Of a stretch of DNA of 64,000 nucleotides, positions 1 through 11,633 are shown piece after piece; the first letter of the stretch is position 1; each line of letters opens with the position of its first letter. The stretch spans positions 496,001 through 560,000 of the forward strand of contig CP145427.1 of NCBI GenBank assembly GCA_036867785.1, read 5' to 3'. Made by a program: the position numbers and the translations under genes. Under the pieces are notes generated by a model. That model made no database searches. It was not told where the DNA came from and saw nothing but the letters and a program-made list of their open reading frames with translations. This DNA is from Plasmodiophora brassicae. Lineage: Eukaryota.

Positions 1-380
1 CCCGTTGAACCTCCTCTGCCGGCGCCGCCGACGGACTGGTTCATCGCGCCCCTGCGTGGTTGGCCTGCTGCCCCCAAGGAAGACGGCCAACGACAGGTCG
101 AAGCGCAACCTCCTCAAACAATGCTGCCACCGGCGATACCCGTTGAACCTCCCCTGTCGGCACCGCTGACGGACGGGTTCGACGCGCCCCTGCGTGGTTG
201 GCCTGCCGCCAGCAAGGAAGACGGCCAACGGGAGCTCGACGCACAACCTCGTCAAACAATGCTGCCACCGGCGATACCCGTTGAACCTCCCCTGCCGGCA
301 CTGCTGACGGACGGGTTCAACGCGCCCCTGTATCGTTGGCCTGACGCCACCAAGGAAGACGGTCAACGACAACTCGACGA
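1..380. repeat. 138-bp tandem repeat, about 2.7 copies visible
   Basis: cccgttgaacctcc recurs at 1, 139 and 277, and caaggaagacgg recurs at the same period. Confidence 0.9.
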
Positions 381-585
381 GGCGCTACAGCACTCGAGGG
401 ATCGCCCCGCTCTGCCGAGTCCACGGAGAGCGCCACTGGGAGCCGCCGACGTCCTAACCGGGACCCGCTTCCGGCACTGGTGTCGCACCCGCCTCCCATC
501 ACCGCCCGTCCGCCGCGACGTCGCCGCCGTCCAACCCGTACCTCACGGCCGCCCTGCTAAACGCCTCCGGCTCTTCTACGCCTGA
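1..585 (+). CDS. 3' end of a hypothetical Pro-rich protein with 46-aa tandem repeats (5' part lies outside the window)
   Basis: Frame is open from base 1 to TGA at 583-585. Repeat units begin PVEPPL at 1, 139 and 277. Confidence 0.5.
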   Translation, partial: PVEPPLPAPPTDWFIAPLRGWPAAPKEDGQRQVEAQPPQTMLPPAIPVEPPLSAPLTDGFDAPLRGWPAASKEDGQRELDAQPRQTMLPPAIPVEPPLPALLTDGFNAPLYRWPDATKEDGQRQLDEALQHSRDRPALPSPRRAPLGAADVLTGTRFRHWCRTRLPSPPVRRDVAAVQPVPHGRPAKRLRLFYA

Positions 586-862
586 TTCGGCTGCGTTGAA
601 GAGTAAAGGCACAGGTGGCCGTGTCGATCTATTCGGCACGTTTATTGCGAATATCAATACAGTGTTTGCGACGTAAAGTATAATCAGCAGCATGTTTTTG
701 GCGGGCTTCTGCGGTCAGGGTGTGCGTCTTGTGACTTTGTCGTGTTTTTTTTTTCGGTCGTTGGGGGTGGACTCAGGCGGCGGCTGTCTCGGTCGCTGCT
801 GCGAAGCCCGGAGGCAGACCGTGGCGTCCGCGACCCCCAGACACACCACACCACGCGTGACG

Positions 863-2538
863 ATGTCGACGTCCAGCACGCCAGCGCCGACGACGACGCC
901 GGGTCGCCGGCGCCTGCCGTTCGCCGCGGTGCGCGTCACGCCGTCGGCGTCGACGCCCGGCGACCGGTTCATCCCGCCGGTGTCCGCCCTGCAGGAGCTC
1001 CACACGAACACGCCGCAACCGGACCAGGCGGGGGGCAGCGTCCCCGACAGCGCCGCCAGCGACGCCGACCAGAGGCAACTGAACGCGTGCCTGTATGATA
1101 CGCGCGTGGCTGAACCGGTGGGGTGTTGTGCCCAGGGCAGGTTCAAGCAGCAGCTGGCGGACGAGCTGGACAGCAAGGCGGGGCGGGTCCTGTCGTTCCG
1201 GCAGAAGGCGCCGGCGCCCCCGGTCGACTACCAGAATTCGCTGCGCGTCCTGTACACCCAGAATCGGTACGCGTCGACGAACGGCGGGCCGTCGTCGGGC
1301 AACGCGCAGCCGGTCGCACGACGCCACCGCTTCGTGTCGTCGTCCGCTGAGCGCGTCCTGGACGCCCCCGACCTGCTGGACGACTACTACGTGAACCTGC
1401 TGGACTGGTCCGGCAAGGACGCCCTGGCGGTCGGCCTGGGGTCCTCGCTCTACCTGTGGGATGCGGCCACCGGCGGCATCGATCTGCTGATGGAGACGAC
1501 GGCGACGGACCACATCACGGCCGTGGCCTGGATGCAGGGCGGGACGCACATCGCCGTCGGGACGGACAGCAAGGAGGTCCAGCTCTGGGACGTTCAGGCC
1601 CGGAAGAAGGTTCGCGCCATGCGGGGGCACGCCGGCCGCGTGTCCGCCCTCGCCTGGAACCGGCACATCCTGTCCAGCGGGTCTCGCGACTCCCTGATCC
1701 ACAACCACGACGTTCGTGTCAGTGCACACCTGCAGTCGCAGTTCAGAGGTCGGTCTTCGTCGTCGTCGACGTCCGCGCTGGGACGATGGACCCCCTGGCG
1801 TTCGCTGAACGCGCGCGTGCTGGTAGGCCATCAGCTGGAGGTGTGCGGCCTGAGATGGAGTCCAGATGGCGGGCAGCTGGCCAGCGGCGGCAACGACAAC
1901 CTGCTGCACGTCTGGGAGTTGGCGGCCGGCGAGCAGCCACGCCTGGCGCTGACCGACCACACGGCAGCAGTGAAGGCGCTGGCCTGGTCGCCGCATACGC
2001 GGCACCTGCTGGCGAGCGGAGGCGGCACGAACGACCGGCGCATCCGCTTCTGGAACACGAAGACGGGCGCCTGCCTGAACAGCGTCGATACGAACTCGCA
2101 GGTCAGGTCCCCGATGCTGGCGGCGCCGGCGAATTCGTGACCGCCTGCCTGCGTCCTGTTAGGTCTGCGGCCTGGTGTGGAACCCGCACGAATCCGAGAT
2201 CCTGTCGGCCCATGGGTTCTCCAAGAATCAGCTGACGCTGTGGAAGTATCCGTCGCTGGGTACGCTTGCTGCCCTCTCCCCGTGTGCCGCGCCAGTCTGG
2301 TATATGACGGTTGACGGATCGCTTAGGTCGCGTCACCGACCTGATTGGGCACTCGTCACGCGTCCTGCACATGACGCTGTCCCCGGATGGCACGACGGTC
2401 TGCTCTGCGGCCGCCGACGAGACGCTCCGTTTCTGGAAGGTGTTCGAACCGGTACCGAAGCCGGCCACCGCGAGCGGCAAGGGCCGACCCGGTGCCAATC
2501 AGCTCGCGCGCAAGCTGACCGGCCTGAGCATCCGCTAA
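863..2538 (+). CDS. CDC20: APC/C activator Cdc20/Fizzy (WD40)
   Basis: C-box DRFIP, Mad2-binding-like [33 protein letters not shown]40 start, SGGNDN and SGGGTNDR repeats, and a C-terminal IR tail (LSIR*). Introns 1749-1826, 2102-2162 and 2260-2326 give a continuous frame. A further in-frame intron at about 1087-1140 is possible. Confidence 0.93.
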
Positions 2539-2843
2539 CGCATCCCACGTTTACGTCTACCAGCCAATACACCAGCAGCAAGTCGACAGCCATATGTACC
2601 ACTACGACCGGGCTGAACGTGGTTCTATCATGCATCGTCAGTAGTGAGTAACAATGTTACCTATAAGCCACTGCTCAGGGAGCTGTGAATCGTTCCTTTT
2701 AATTATTCTGTTATTTTGAGATATTGTATGAAGTTCTTGATTACTCGTGTGAATGGCTTAATCTTCATGTTCTATAAAGTACATCCCAAGTCAATTCAAA
2801 ATTATTTCAAAATTCTATAAGAATTTCAGAATAGAAGAATGGT

Positions 2844-2967
2844 TCAATTAAGTTTGTTTGTGTTCCACGCTTTTAACGCAGGCGCCTGGTTCTCGGATCC
2901 GAGGACCGTAGGGAAGTTCGCAGAAGGCTCACTTTCCCGACCTGGCAGAGCCGGTCTGTCACCTCTC
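2844..2967 (-). mobile_element. 5'-truncated non-LTR retroposon (SINE/LINE 3' tail)
   Basis: 13-bp TSD atagaagaatggt at 2831-2843 and 2968-2980. A-rich end on the minus strand. Colinear similarity to the 3' tail of the SINE at 29162-29300. Confidence 0.75.
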
Positions 2968-3537
2968 ATAGAAGAATGGTGTGTTCCGGTGAGTAAACAG
3001 CATGTTTGTATTTTCAATAAGAGCGTTTGATAGCAAAATATTAAAGCTATCAGGTCAAAGACGTCGGCGTCTTCTCAACGAAGTAGGTAAAGCAGTACTG
3101 CTCTCGTCAGCACATACAGTAGGATCAGGAAAACGAAGACGGCTACGGGCGGTGATGGATCTCGGGTCCTGAACAGGTCAACGATTCACATAAGGATTTT
3201 CCGGGTGACGACGCAATCTTCAAACCCATTCGGTTGGCATCGGTGATCGTGTGACCAACATCATGAACCATCCCGGCCGATACAATCATGGCCGACAGCA
3301 CGCGAATCGTCCACCGGTGTAGAGTCTCGACGTGTTCCACGGTCTTGGAACGGGAGCGACTCGATTATAATGGAAACAATGGACCCGACAGCATGGTAAA
3401 ACGTTTGATGCAAAGGTATGTTCGGATTCACCAATGCCTGCACGGATAATCAGATTACCGTGTCGTCAATTCATCAGAGTGCAAATAACCCTGATAATCA
3501 GAACGACAGGGTATGGTAATTTCGCCTGGCCGTCCAA

Positions 3538-4191
3538 CGCCGATGGGGGTGGTCACCACCGAAGACGGAGAAGTCGTCGCCCTGGCTCGAGCCCCGACCA
3601 TATTAGTCGGCTGCTATGGCAGAAATGCACAAATAAGTCCACGGCATTTGGGGTAGTCAGTCGTTCAGGTGGTCGCACCGGCCGACGGCGCGGTCGAAAT
3701 GCTCCAAATTGCGCCACTGCCGCAGACGGCGATGGCGGACGAGCTTGTTGCGGCCGTCCGTCTTCACTGCTCGTACGACCAGTCCCTGGGGGCGCATGCC
3801 ACCCGGTTCGACCAGTATCTCGTTGCCCATTATATCACTATAACTATCAGGACACTTAGCGCAGCGCGATCGCGCTAAGCGCCCTGATAGTAGTGATACA
3901 ATGGGCAACGAGATACTGGTCGAACCGGGTGGCATGCGCCCCCAGGGACTGGTCGTACGAGGAGTGAAGTCGGACGGCCGCAACAAGCTCGTCCGCCGTC
4001 GCCGTCTGCGGCAGTGGGGCAATTTGGAGCATTTCGACCGCGACCTCGTGGTGCGACGACCTGAACGACTGACTACCCCAAATGCCGTGGACTTATTTGT
4101 GCATTTTTGCCATAGCAGCCGACTAATATGGTCGGGGCTCGAGCCAGGGCGACGACTTCCCCGTCTTCGGTGGTGACCACCCCCATCGGCG
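3538..4191. repeat. Long imperfect palindrome (fold-back), arms about 325 bp
   Basis: 3538-3860 is the reverse complement of 3872-4191 with few substitutions and indels. The centre is agcgcgatcgcgct at 3863-3876. Confidence 0.92.
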
Positions 4192-4992
4192 GTTTCGTCA
4201 GATACATGCTGCCTTTATGCGGAAGAAGGGCAGGGAAGGCCTCACAAAAGTGCGCAGTCACAAAACTGCGTCGGTGATCCGCCAGCATCCAAATAATTGC
4301 TGAACCGCATCCAGTGCACTCGATTTGTATGTTCAACCCTGCCATTCGCACCCGTTCGAAGGCTGCGAACCCGGCCGGACACCGACGCTTCTTTAATTAA
4401 ATCAGTGTGCGCGAGTCTCCCAATCAACTAGCGAAGACGTCAATTCATCGTTACAATGTCGCATCATGCAGTTCAGGACGGGGGAAAACGTTCTCATATT
4501 GGACGGCGTGAACGAAAGTTTCGCCTCCCTGACTGGATCGCAATCTGTCGAATCGTTCGCAACTTCGCGTTCGTAATCAGATTCGACATGTCCCGATCAG
4601 CGACGTCGAAATCACCTGCTTCACGGCGACGTTTCCCTGGACGATTTTGTGGCTCAAGGTCATCACGTGGTTCTCGTCAGCGATTCCATCCGCCTCCGGC
4701 TCATTGTCAACTGGAGGAACGTGGGGAGGGGGAGAATCGTTCACCGCGGTCGTGATTGAAGTCCTCGTTCGGCACCTGCGTTGAAGTCATCATCATGCTG
4801 GCGGGCGCGCCTCTCCTTGAATGCTTGTCGCTAGACACAGAGTCGCGCTCGGTTACGCCCACATCGGCAGTTTCGAGCGTCGGCATATTGTGCTACCGGA
4901 TAACGACGACGACTTTCCGCCTATCGATTATTCGTCAAACACGCCACTCGGCGGGGTGATGACACGATAAAGGCCGGGCGATGATGGTGGAC

Positions 4993-5275
4993 GGTTCTCC
5001 AAGAATCAGCTGACGCTCCCCGGATGGCACGACGGTCTGCTCTGCGGCCGCCGACGAGGCGCTCCGTTTCTGGAAAGTGTTCGGACCGACACCGAGAAGC
5101 CGGCCACACGAGCGAGCGGCAAGGGCCGACCCGGTGCCAATCATCTCGCGCACAAGCTGAACGGCCTGAGCATATTCCGCTAACGGGTCACAACGTTGAC
5201 CTCTACCTGCCAGTACGTACACCAGCAGCAAGTCGACAGCAATTCCACTGCTCATGTGATGCATCGATCGTCAGT
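4993..5275 (+). pseudogene. CDC20 3' fragment, copy 1 (internally deleted)
   Basis: ggttctccaagaatcagctgacgct (compare 2215) is joined through tgacgct microhomology to ccccggatggcacgacg (compare 2381). Similarity continues through the stop codon and 3' UTR. Confidence 0.88.
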
Positions 5276-6548
5276 CCGCTGATAACGACCAGCAACATAA
5301 CATAGTACAGTCGGGAAAGCTCATGGGGGCTTTAGTTCAGATGGCGATGGGCATCTCAGACGCGGTCGACGTCTCCGCAGCACAGCAACCTGCTGACACT
5401 CTTCTTCCTGAACGTACCGCGGCTGAGCGTTGGCGCCTGCAGGATAGCGTCCGCGACGCCCGTGTATGGGTGGTCTTTGGCGTACTGCATCGCCTGCTGG
5501 AACCCGGGCGTCGTATCGTCGAGTCCCTGGGCCTGGACGAGCAGCTCGACGATCTCCAGGTTGCCTCTTTGCAAGGCCTCCTGCAACGGGTCGCCTGCGT
5601 TGACGTCGATCCCGGGAACGTTGACCAGCATCTTGACAATACTCAGATGGCCTCTCTGGACGGCTACCAACAGTGGGTTGCCGGTCACCAGGTCGATTCC
5701 CGGGACGTTCAGCAGCATCTCGACAATTTCCGGATGGTCCTTCTTGACGGCATTGTAGAGCGGCGTCTTCTTGGACGGCCTGCCAAAGTTGACGTCGACG
5801 TGCATGCTGAGCAGCAGCTCGACGACGTCCTCGAGGCCGCGGTCGACTATAGTGTCTTCCGTCAAGCCTCGGGTGACACAATAGACGAATGCCGTTTATC
5901 CACGATCGATCCCGTACCCCGCTCTCCCACCAGCGGCGCACGTGATCGCGTGCTCTCGATCCCCGCATATCTCGACACATGAATCTCTGGCGCATGTGAA
6001 TATCTGGAGGATGCTGATGCTGACGTAGGTGATGAGGAGCTAAATATAGGACCCCGGACTACACTGCCTTTTCCCGAACTCAGAACCGGAGTCAGAGGAG
6101 CAGTCGAGAGGAGAATGACGGACGAAGACGTAGGGTAGTGTGAGACTCGAGTGCAGAACACCCACTACTCACTAAAAACCACCTTGTAACCCCATGGGAC
6201 AAATCGGTGGAAAATCCATTTACGGACACCCTCTTCGAGACCGTCTTCCACCTATGCATACACGATTTAGCGTATCAAAGAACCTCAGGTACCTTGACCG
6301 AGTGCAAAGTAGCAAACGACGACATCAGCAATGGTGCGCTCGACCCCCATGGGTGGAGCCCGGTCCATATACATCTAGAAAGTGTCATTCACCTAGCTCA
6401 GCGGCCGACCCCCATGGGTGGACCCCCAGCGCAACAGGAGCCTCGACATCAGTACTCCCTGACAGAGTCAATCCTGCGGTGAAGAGGAACTTAATAGATG
6501 CTGCCGAATGCCTCGCGAGATGGACAGCACGTAGTCCATCGAACAACA

Positions 6549-6725
6549 TTGACCGTGGTGCACATGGCAACCAGCCAGGTCAAATCGACCGTGGTCCCGT
6601 GGGCAACCAGCCAAGTCGAACCGAACTTTGACCGTGGTGCACCGAGCAACCAGCCAAGTCAAAACCGACCGTGGTGCCCAAAGCAACCAGCCAAGTCGAA
6701 CCATGGTTACGTTGCCGTCAACCAG
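6549..6725. repeat. About 36-40 bp tandem repeat (4-5 copies) in the 3' noncoding region of element 1
   Basis: gaccgtggt...gcaaccagcca(a/g)gtc recurs at about 6551, 6587, 6630 and 6667. Confidence 0.8.
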
Positions 6726-6827
6726 GTTGGATTGTCATGAGAGACCAATCCATGATCATGATCATCATCGTATCGTCCACCCGCGAACAGATACGGTATC
6801 GAGATTAATTCAAAGTGATGGTACAGG

Positions 6828-9800
6828 TTAAGATCGTCGCTTCTTTCGATGCGATGTTGCATTCCGAGTGCGAGAGCGTTTCGGCGCCGGAATCAATTGC
6901 CTCAATGCATCAACGTGTGCATGAGTGTCGCCCAGTTTCCGAATAAGTTGTTCCACAAGGTGCGGTACATCTTCGGCGATAAGTGCTGCAGGCTCCCAAG
7001 TAGCCTCAGATGGGTCGAAGCCGGACCAAGCGACTTTGATCTGCAACTCCTGAGTTTCGCGATCGATACGACAATCGAGAAGGTCGTCAACGTGGAACTG
7101 CTGGTCAAGCCGCTCAAGGTGCTGCTTGATTTCGGTGGTGATGTTGAGATCGGCGTCCGCATAGCGGCGGATGCGTTGCGTGTGTGCTTGGAAGCGCCGT
7201 GCAGTCAACAGGTCTTCGAGTTCGTAGACCTGGTCATTGACGCGTTGAACAACTCGGTAGGGGCCGCGCCACTGCGCAATCAACTTCTGTGCGGGTCCGG
7301 GGACGGGCTTCGCGTTCAAGACGTAGTCGCCCGGGATGAACGACTCGCATTGGGCCTTCCTCACGTGTCGCGAGCGTTGCCGTACATTGGACGCGTGCCT
7401 CGCCTCCCTGGCTTCATCGACGACCTTATGGAGTTCGTCCATAACGGTCTGCAGTGCTGACAGGTACGTCGCCACCCATCCCGGAGAGATCGGCCGCAGC
7501 TGATTGCATGCCGGATCCCAGATGTTGTCCAGAGGGTGCTCGGGTTTCAACTTGGTGACGACCGTGAACGGCGCGAAACCTCCGAGGCGTGTGCTCGGCG
7601 AATGGTTGATGGCGTGTTGCACCAATGGGCAGAGGTAGGGCCAGCTGTGCGTGCTGATCTGCCCCTCACTCAGAACGCTTCGTAGGATGCCAACGATAGT
7701 GCGATTGGCGCGTTCAACAGTCCCGTTTGCCCATGGACAGTACGCCAACGTTATATGATGCTCGACGTCTCGCAGCCTGGTCAGCTCCTTGATGAGTTCG
7801 GCGGTAAAGTGAGATCCGCCATCGGTGACAAGATATTGTGGTGTTTTGAAGTCGGCAATCCATTGGAATAGTGCCTCTGCCGCAACTCGGCTGGTCGCGT
7901 CGGCGCATGGAATCAATCGGACGAGACCACTGAAGTCGTCCTTCATCACGAGGATGTACTTGTAAGAATGATCGGTTCCTCGAACTGGTTCGACGTACAA
8001 GTAATCCATGTGCAGGACCTCGAATGGAATGTGGCCATGCAACGCTTCTCCAAGCGGACGCGGAACCTTCGCTCCTCCCCGCGTCGTGATGCAATGAAGA
8101 CACTGCTGGCACATCTGCTTAATGTCCTTGTCCATGCCCGGCCAAGCGAATCGCGTTGTGATTGCCTCCTTGGTAACGTCGTACGCGCGATGAGCAGCAC
8201 TGGCACAATGACCAATGATCATGATGCGTAGGCGCAAGCTGGTGCAGTCGTTGTGATTCGGGATCAGAACGGCGTTCGTTTTCGACTTCCACAAACGAGC
8301 GTCATCATCGAAGAACACGCCGTCCTCGATCTTCTCTTCACGCGACAATAGCCTTTGCGATTCGCGAATTTCGGTCTCGGTCGGCCATTGGAAATCGGGA
8401 TGCGTCATCGGCGTTACGCGAAGATCGTCCATCTGCAAGATGCGCGTTGCCCGGCACGCCAGTGCGATTCGTCCTGCGCCCCATCGAGATAACAGGTCGG
8501 CCCAGACGTTGGCAGTGCCGGAGATCTCCTTGGTACGGTAATCAAACCCTTGGAGATGTAGCGCCCAGCGCTCGATTTTCTGAGCGGTGTGCTTCTTCAT
8601 CTCAGCGTCCTTCGCGAAGATGAACGTGAGGTTCCGGTGGTCGCAGAACATGAGGAATTCACGCGACGTCTGCAGAAGGAAGTCACCACGTTCAGTCGCC
8701 TTGATGATGGCGGCTGCCTCCTTCTCCGGTGTTGACCATCGCAACTCAGCTCCCGAGAACCGCTTGCCGTAGAAAGCAAGTGGTTCGTGTCGTTGTTCAT
8801 GAACTGGTAGGTCGATATCCTCCCTCGGAATCTGGGTAATGACCGCAGCCCATGCTAGGTCACTGGCGTCCGTGAACAAGCATGTCTGGTGATCAGACTT
8901 CGGGTACGCGAGCTGGACGTGCTGGATCAGCGCAAAGCGTATGTCCTCGAAGGCCTTGCTGTGCCGGTCTGTCCATCCAAGATCATGTAACCGAATCGAC
9001 GAAGATGACGAAGACTGGATTCTCTTCATCTCCTCGTTCGCCTTGTCCGTGAGCTCCTGGAGCGGGGCGATGATGTACGCGTAACCGGGAACACTGATAC
9101 GCATCCAGTTGGCCGCCCAGATGAACTGCTGTAGCTCTTTGAAAGTGTTAGGACGCGGCATGTTGGTCAGCGCTTCGATTCGTTCAGGATCGTGTCGGAT
9201 TCCATCACGAGAGTAGATGCGCCCACACCACTTCAGCTCTCGAGCGAATAGGACGCATTTGTCCGGGTTGAACTTCAAGTTGCGTTCGCGTGCTCGCTCC
9301 AAGACACGTGCAAGCTGATGCAGTAGAATGTCTTCCGTTTTGGCGAATCCCAGCAGGTCGTCGATCCCTATCAAGAGGTGATCCTTCATGTCGTCGAAGA
9401 TCTTCCCGATCCGCGCCTGGAACTGCAAGGCAGAGTTGGTCGCGCCCTGAATGCTCCTGGTAGGCGTGTAGACGCCGTCGTCGGTCATAAACGAGAAGAT
9501 CTCCTGGCATTCCTTCGCAATTGGCATGAGCCAGAACCCCTTGTGGGCATCGATCGTGAAGAAGCAGGTCATGCCAGCCAGCTTCCGACTAGCCGCCTCG
9601 ATGTTGGGCATCGGCCAAGCAGTTGGTACCGTACGCGAGTTCACCTGGCGCAGATCGACGCACAGGCGGTACCCCTTGCCGTTCGGTTTCTTGACCACAA
9701 GAACGGGACTCGCCCATCTGGAGTTCATGTTGAGGTAGACCAGATTGTTTTCCAACAGCATCTTGATCATCTCGTCGAGGAACTCCTTTTGCTTCGGGTT

Positions 9801-11633
9801 GTAGGAGCGTGGTCTGCATCGGTACGGCGTGGCGTCTGGTTGAAGCTTGGTAATCATAGGTTCGATGTTGACGGGACCGTCCTGACCAAGCTGTGTGCGG
9901 AATTCGTTGACGTGTCGTCGAAGGATGAGTCGTAGCCGTGCAACCCCTTGACGAGACATGCCGTTGAGGCGTGCTTGATGTATCAGGCGGGTGAGGGATG
10001 CCTCAATCTCTTGAACGTTGATCGGCCCTAAGTCGACATCACTGGAGGTAGGTTCCGCCGCATCGTGTACATGTGGCGCCTGATACGTGTCGCCGCTCAA
10101 CGTCGCCATCCTTGCAACGATTTCACTGACGGCGTCGAACGACTCCACATCGAACATGGCGCATCCAGATAGTCTGGCATCAAACTCGGTGGTGCCGGAT
10201 GCGATCATGTCCTCGAGTTGCTGACGTGGACTGATGCCGATCATAGAGAGTAGTGTGTCGCCGAATAAGATGACTGGAATAGCGTCGCAGACATAGTAGG
10301 CAACATGGTACAGGGTGAGATTCCCAGCTTTGGTTTCGAGTTTCGTCACTGGAACGGTGACGATGCGGGTGCTGACGGCAATGACTTGGTCGTCGGCTGA
10401 TGCGATTTCTCGGGGCTCGATAACCTCGAACGTGGCGCCCTTCAACTCATTCGCAACGTGTTCAGGTATGAGGTTTCCCCCATCACAGCCAGAGTCTAGA
10501 ACATAAGGGATACGCCTTCCCTCGATCTCTACTTGCTGTGTCACGTGCTGGATCCCAGTGTAGGCGCGAGTTTTGGCGACTTTAATCGGTCGACGTCCAT
10601 CGGGATGATGTCCGCCTGCGGGCCGATGATGACGTGCGAGCTCATTGCGCCTTTCTCTCGTCGGCTTCTCTGGGCACATCGACATCTTATGTGGCCCAGA
10701 GCAGTGCCAGCATTTGAAGTCGCGCTTGCCATCAGTCGTCCCCGTCATCTGGCTGCTGTCACTTGTCGCAGTCGGTTCGCGGTTGCGCTTGGGAGCGTTC
10801 ACGGTCACTGGATGTGGGCCCGATTGCCGGTTGGCGGGCACAGGGCGATGGGCTGGTACGCGGCGTCCACCTGAAGTTGTCGCAGCGGGAGTCAGCTTGC
10901 TCTGCTTGTCGGCGAGTCGCAGTTCGGAACACGTCTTCCGAGGACGCTTGATCGATGCGTTGCGGGCGCGTCCGATCGCGACGAAGTGCCTCGCCCAATC
11001 CTGCGCCTCGCGAACGATCGCCCTGGTATTGCCTTCACGTTCGGCCTTGTCCTCCTTGACCCATGCCTGTACGTGACCGCGGAGGTAGCCGGGCTGGAGC
11101 GAGTCAGCGATCAGGCGCCCCATGGCCTTGCGTCCTCCGGCGGTCTCGCTCAGCTTCCAACCGTGGCGGTCCTGGATGGCCGTCAGCTGGTCCGGGATTG
11201 ACGCGATTTGATCTCGCAGGGTCGACATCGAGGTATCCATCGAAAGCTCATCCGCGATCTTGGACTCGATGTCCTGAATACGCAGCCCGTGGCTGGTGGG
11301 CAATGCGTTGACCTGGTCTCGGATCCATCCGTCCAGCAATTCGTCCGTCAACGCCTCGGCGCCGTCGTCCAGGTCCAGGTGATTTTCGGCAATGGCCTTC
11401 AACTGCACGGCGGTGAAGCACAGCCGGATGCCTTGCGGACGAAGTCGACGCCCCCGCGGCTGCTGCGCCTCCCGATCCTCGAAGATGGCGACGTAGCGGT
11501 TGTACGCCTCGCGCAGCGTCAGGATCGATGTCGAGTCAAGGTTGTTAGCCTTGGGCAGGATGCTCGCATCGGCGTTCGTAACGATGGTAGCGCTTGTCGA
11601 GCCGCCGCTGCTGCTGCTGCTTGTCAGCTCCAT
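6828..11633 (-). CDS. Single gag-pol polyprotein of element 1 (Gag, protease, RT, RNase H, integrase, chromodomain)
   Basis: Zinc knuckle CWHCSGPHKMSMC, protease LDSG, RT WASP...IGIDDLL, RNase H LFTDAS, integrase HMDYL/VTDGGSHF/VER with GPY, chromodomain IKVAWSGFDPSEATWEP. The ORF is uninterrupted from the ATG at 11633. Confidence 0.93.
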   Translation of the reverse strand: MELTSSSSSGGSTSATIVTNADASILPKANNLDSTSILTLREAYNRYVAIFEDREAQQPRGRRLRPQGIRLCFTAVQLKAIAENHLDLDDGAEALTDELLDGWIRDQVNALPTSHGLRIQDIESKIADELSMDTSMSTLRDQIASIPDQLTAIQDRHGWKLSETAGGRKAMGRLIADSLQPGYLRGHVQAWVKEDKAEREGNTRAIVREAQDWARHFVAIGRARNASIKRPRKTCSELRLADKQSKLTPAATTSGGRRVPAHRPVPANRQSGPHPVTVNAPKRNREPTATSDSSQMTGTTDGKRDFKCWHCSGPHKMSMCPEKPTRERRNELARHHRPAGGHHPDGRRPIKVAKTRAYTGIQHVTQQVEIEGRRIPYVLDSGCDGGNLIPEHVANELKGATFEVIEPREIASADDQVIAVSTRIVTVPVTKLETKAGNLTLYHVAYYVCDAIPVILFGDTLLSMIGISPRQQLEDMIASGTTEFDARLSGCAMFDVESFDAVSEIVARMATLSGDTYQAPHVHDAAEPTSSDVDLGPINVQEIEASLTRLIHQARLNGMSRQGVARLRLILRRHVNEFRTQLGQDGPVNIEPMITKLQPDATPYRCRPRSYNPKQKEFLDEMIKMLLENNLVYLNMNSRWASPVLVVKKPNGKGYRLCVDLRQVNSRTVPTAWPMPNIEAASRKLAGMTCFFTIDAHKGFWLMPIAKECQEIFSFMTDDGVYTPTRSIQGATNSALQFQARIGKIFDDMKDHLLIGIDDLLGFAKTEDILLHQLARVLERARERNLKFNPDKCVLFARELKWCGRIYSRDGIRHDPERIEALTNMPRPNTFKELQQFIWAANWMRISVPGYAYIIAPLQELTDKANEEMKRIQSSSSSSIRLHDLGWTDRHSKAFEDIRFALIQHVQLAYPKSDHQTCLFTDASDLAWAAVITQIPREDIDLPVHEQRHEPLAFYGKRFSGAELRWSTPEKEAAAIIKATERGDFLLQTSREFLMFCDHRNLTFIFAKDAEMKKHTAQKIERWALHLQGFDYRTKEISGTANVWADLLSRWGAGRIALACRATRILQMDDLRVTPMTHPDFQWPTETEIRESQRLLSREEKIEDGVFFDDDARLWKSKTNAVLIPNHNDCTSLRLRIMIIGHCASAAHRAYDVTKEAITTRFAWPGMDKDIKQMCQQCLHCITTRGGAKVPRPLGEALHGHIPFEVLHMDYLYVEPVRGTDHSYKYILVMKDDFSGLVRLIPCADATSRVAAEALFQWIADFKTPQYLVTDGGSHFTAELIKELTRLRDVEHHITLAYCPWANGTVERANRTIVGILRSVLSEGQISTHSWPYLCPLVQHAINHSPSTRLGGFAPFTVVTKLKPEHPLDNIWDPACNQLRPISPGWVATYLSALQTVMDELHKVVDEAREARHASNVRQRSRHVRKAQCESFIPGDYVLNAKPVPGPAQKLIAQWRGPYRVVQRVNDQVYELEDLLTARRFQAHTQRIRRYADADLNITTEIKQHLERLDQQFHVDDLLDCRIDRETQELQIKVAWSGFDPSEATWEPAALIAEDVPHLVEQLIRKLGDTHAHVDALRQLIPAPKRSRTRNATSHRKKRRS

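Noticed and set aside
692-862. N-terminal extension of CDC20 from the ATG at 692
   Set aside because: It crosses a T-rich promoter/UTR-like tract. The ATG at 863 gives a typical Ser/Thr/Pro-rich N-terminus before the C-box.
6549-6725. CRISPR-like repeat array
   Set aside because: Units are degenerate tandem copies without unique spacers, there are no cas genes, and the context is a eukaryotic retroelement.
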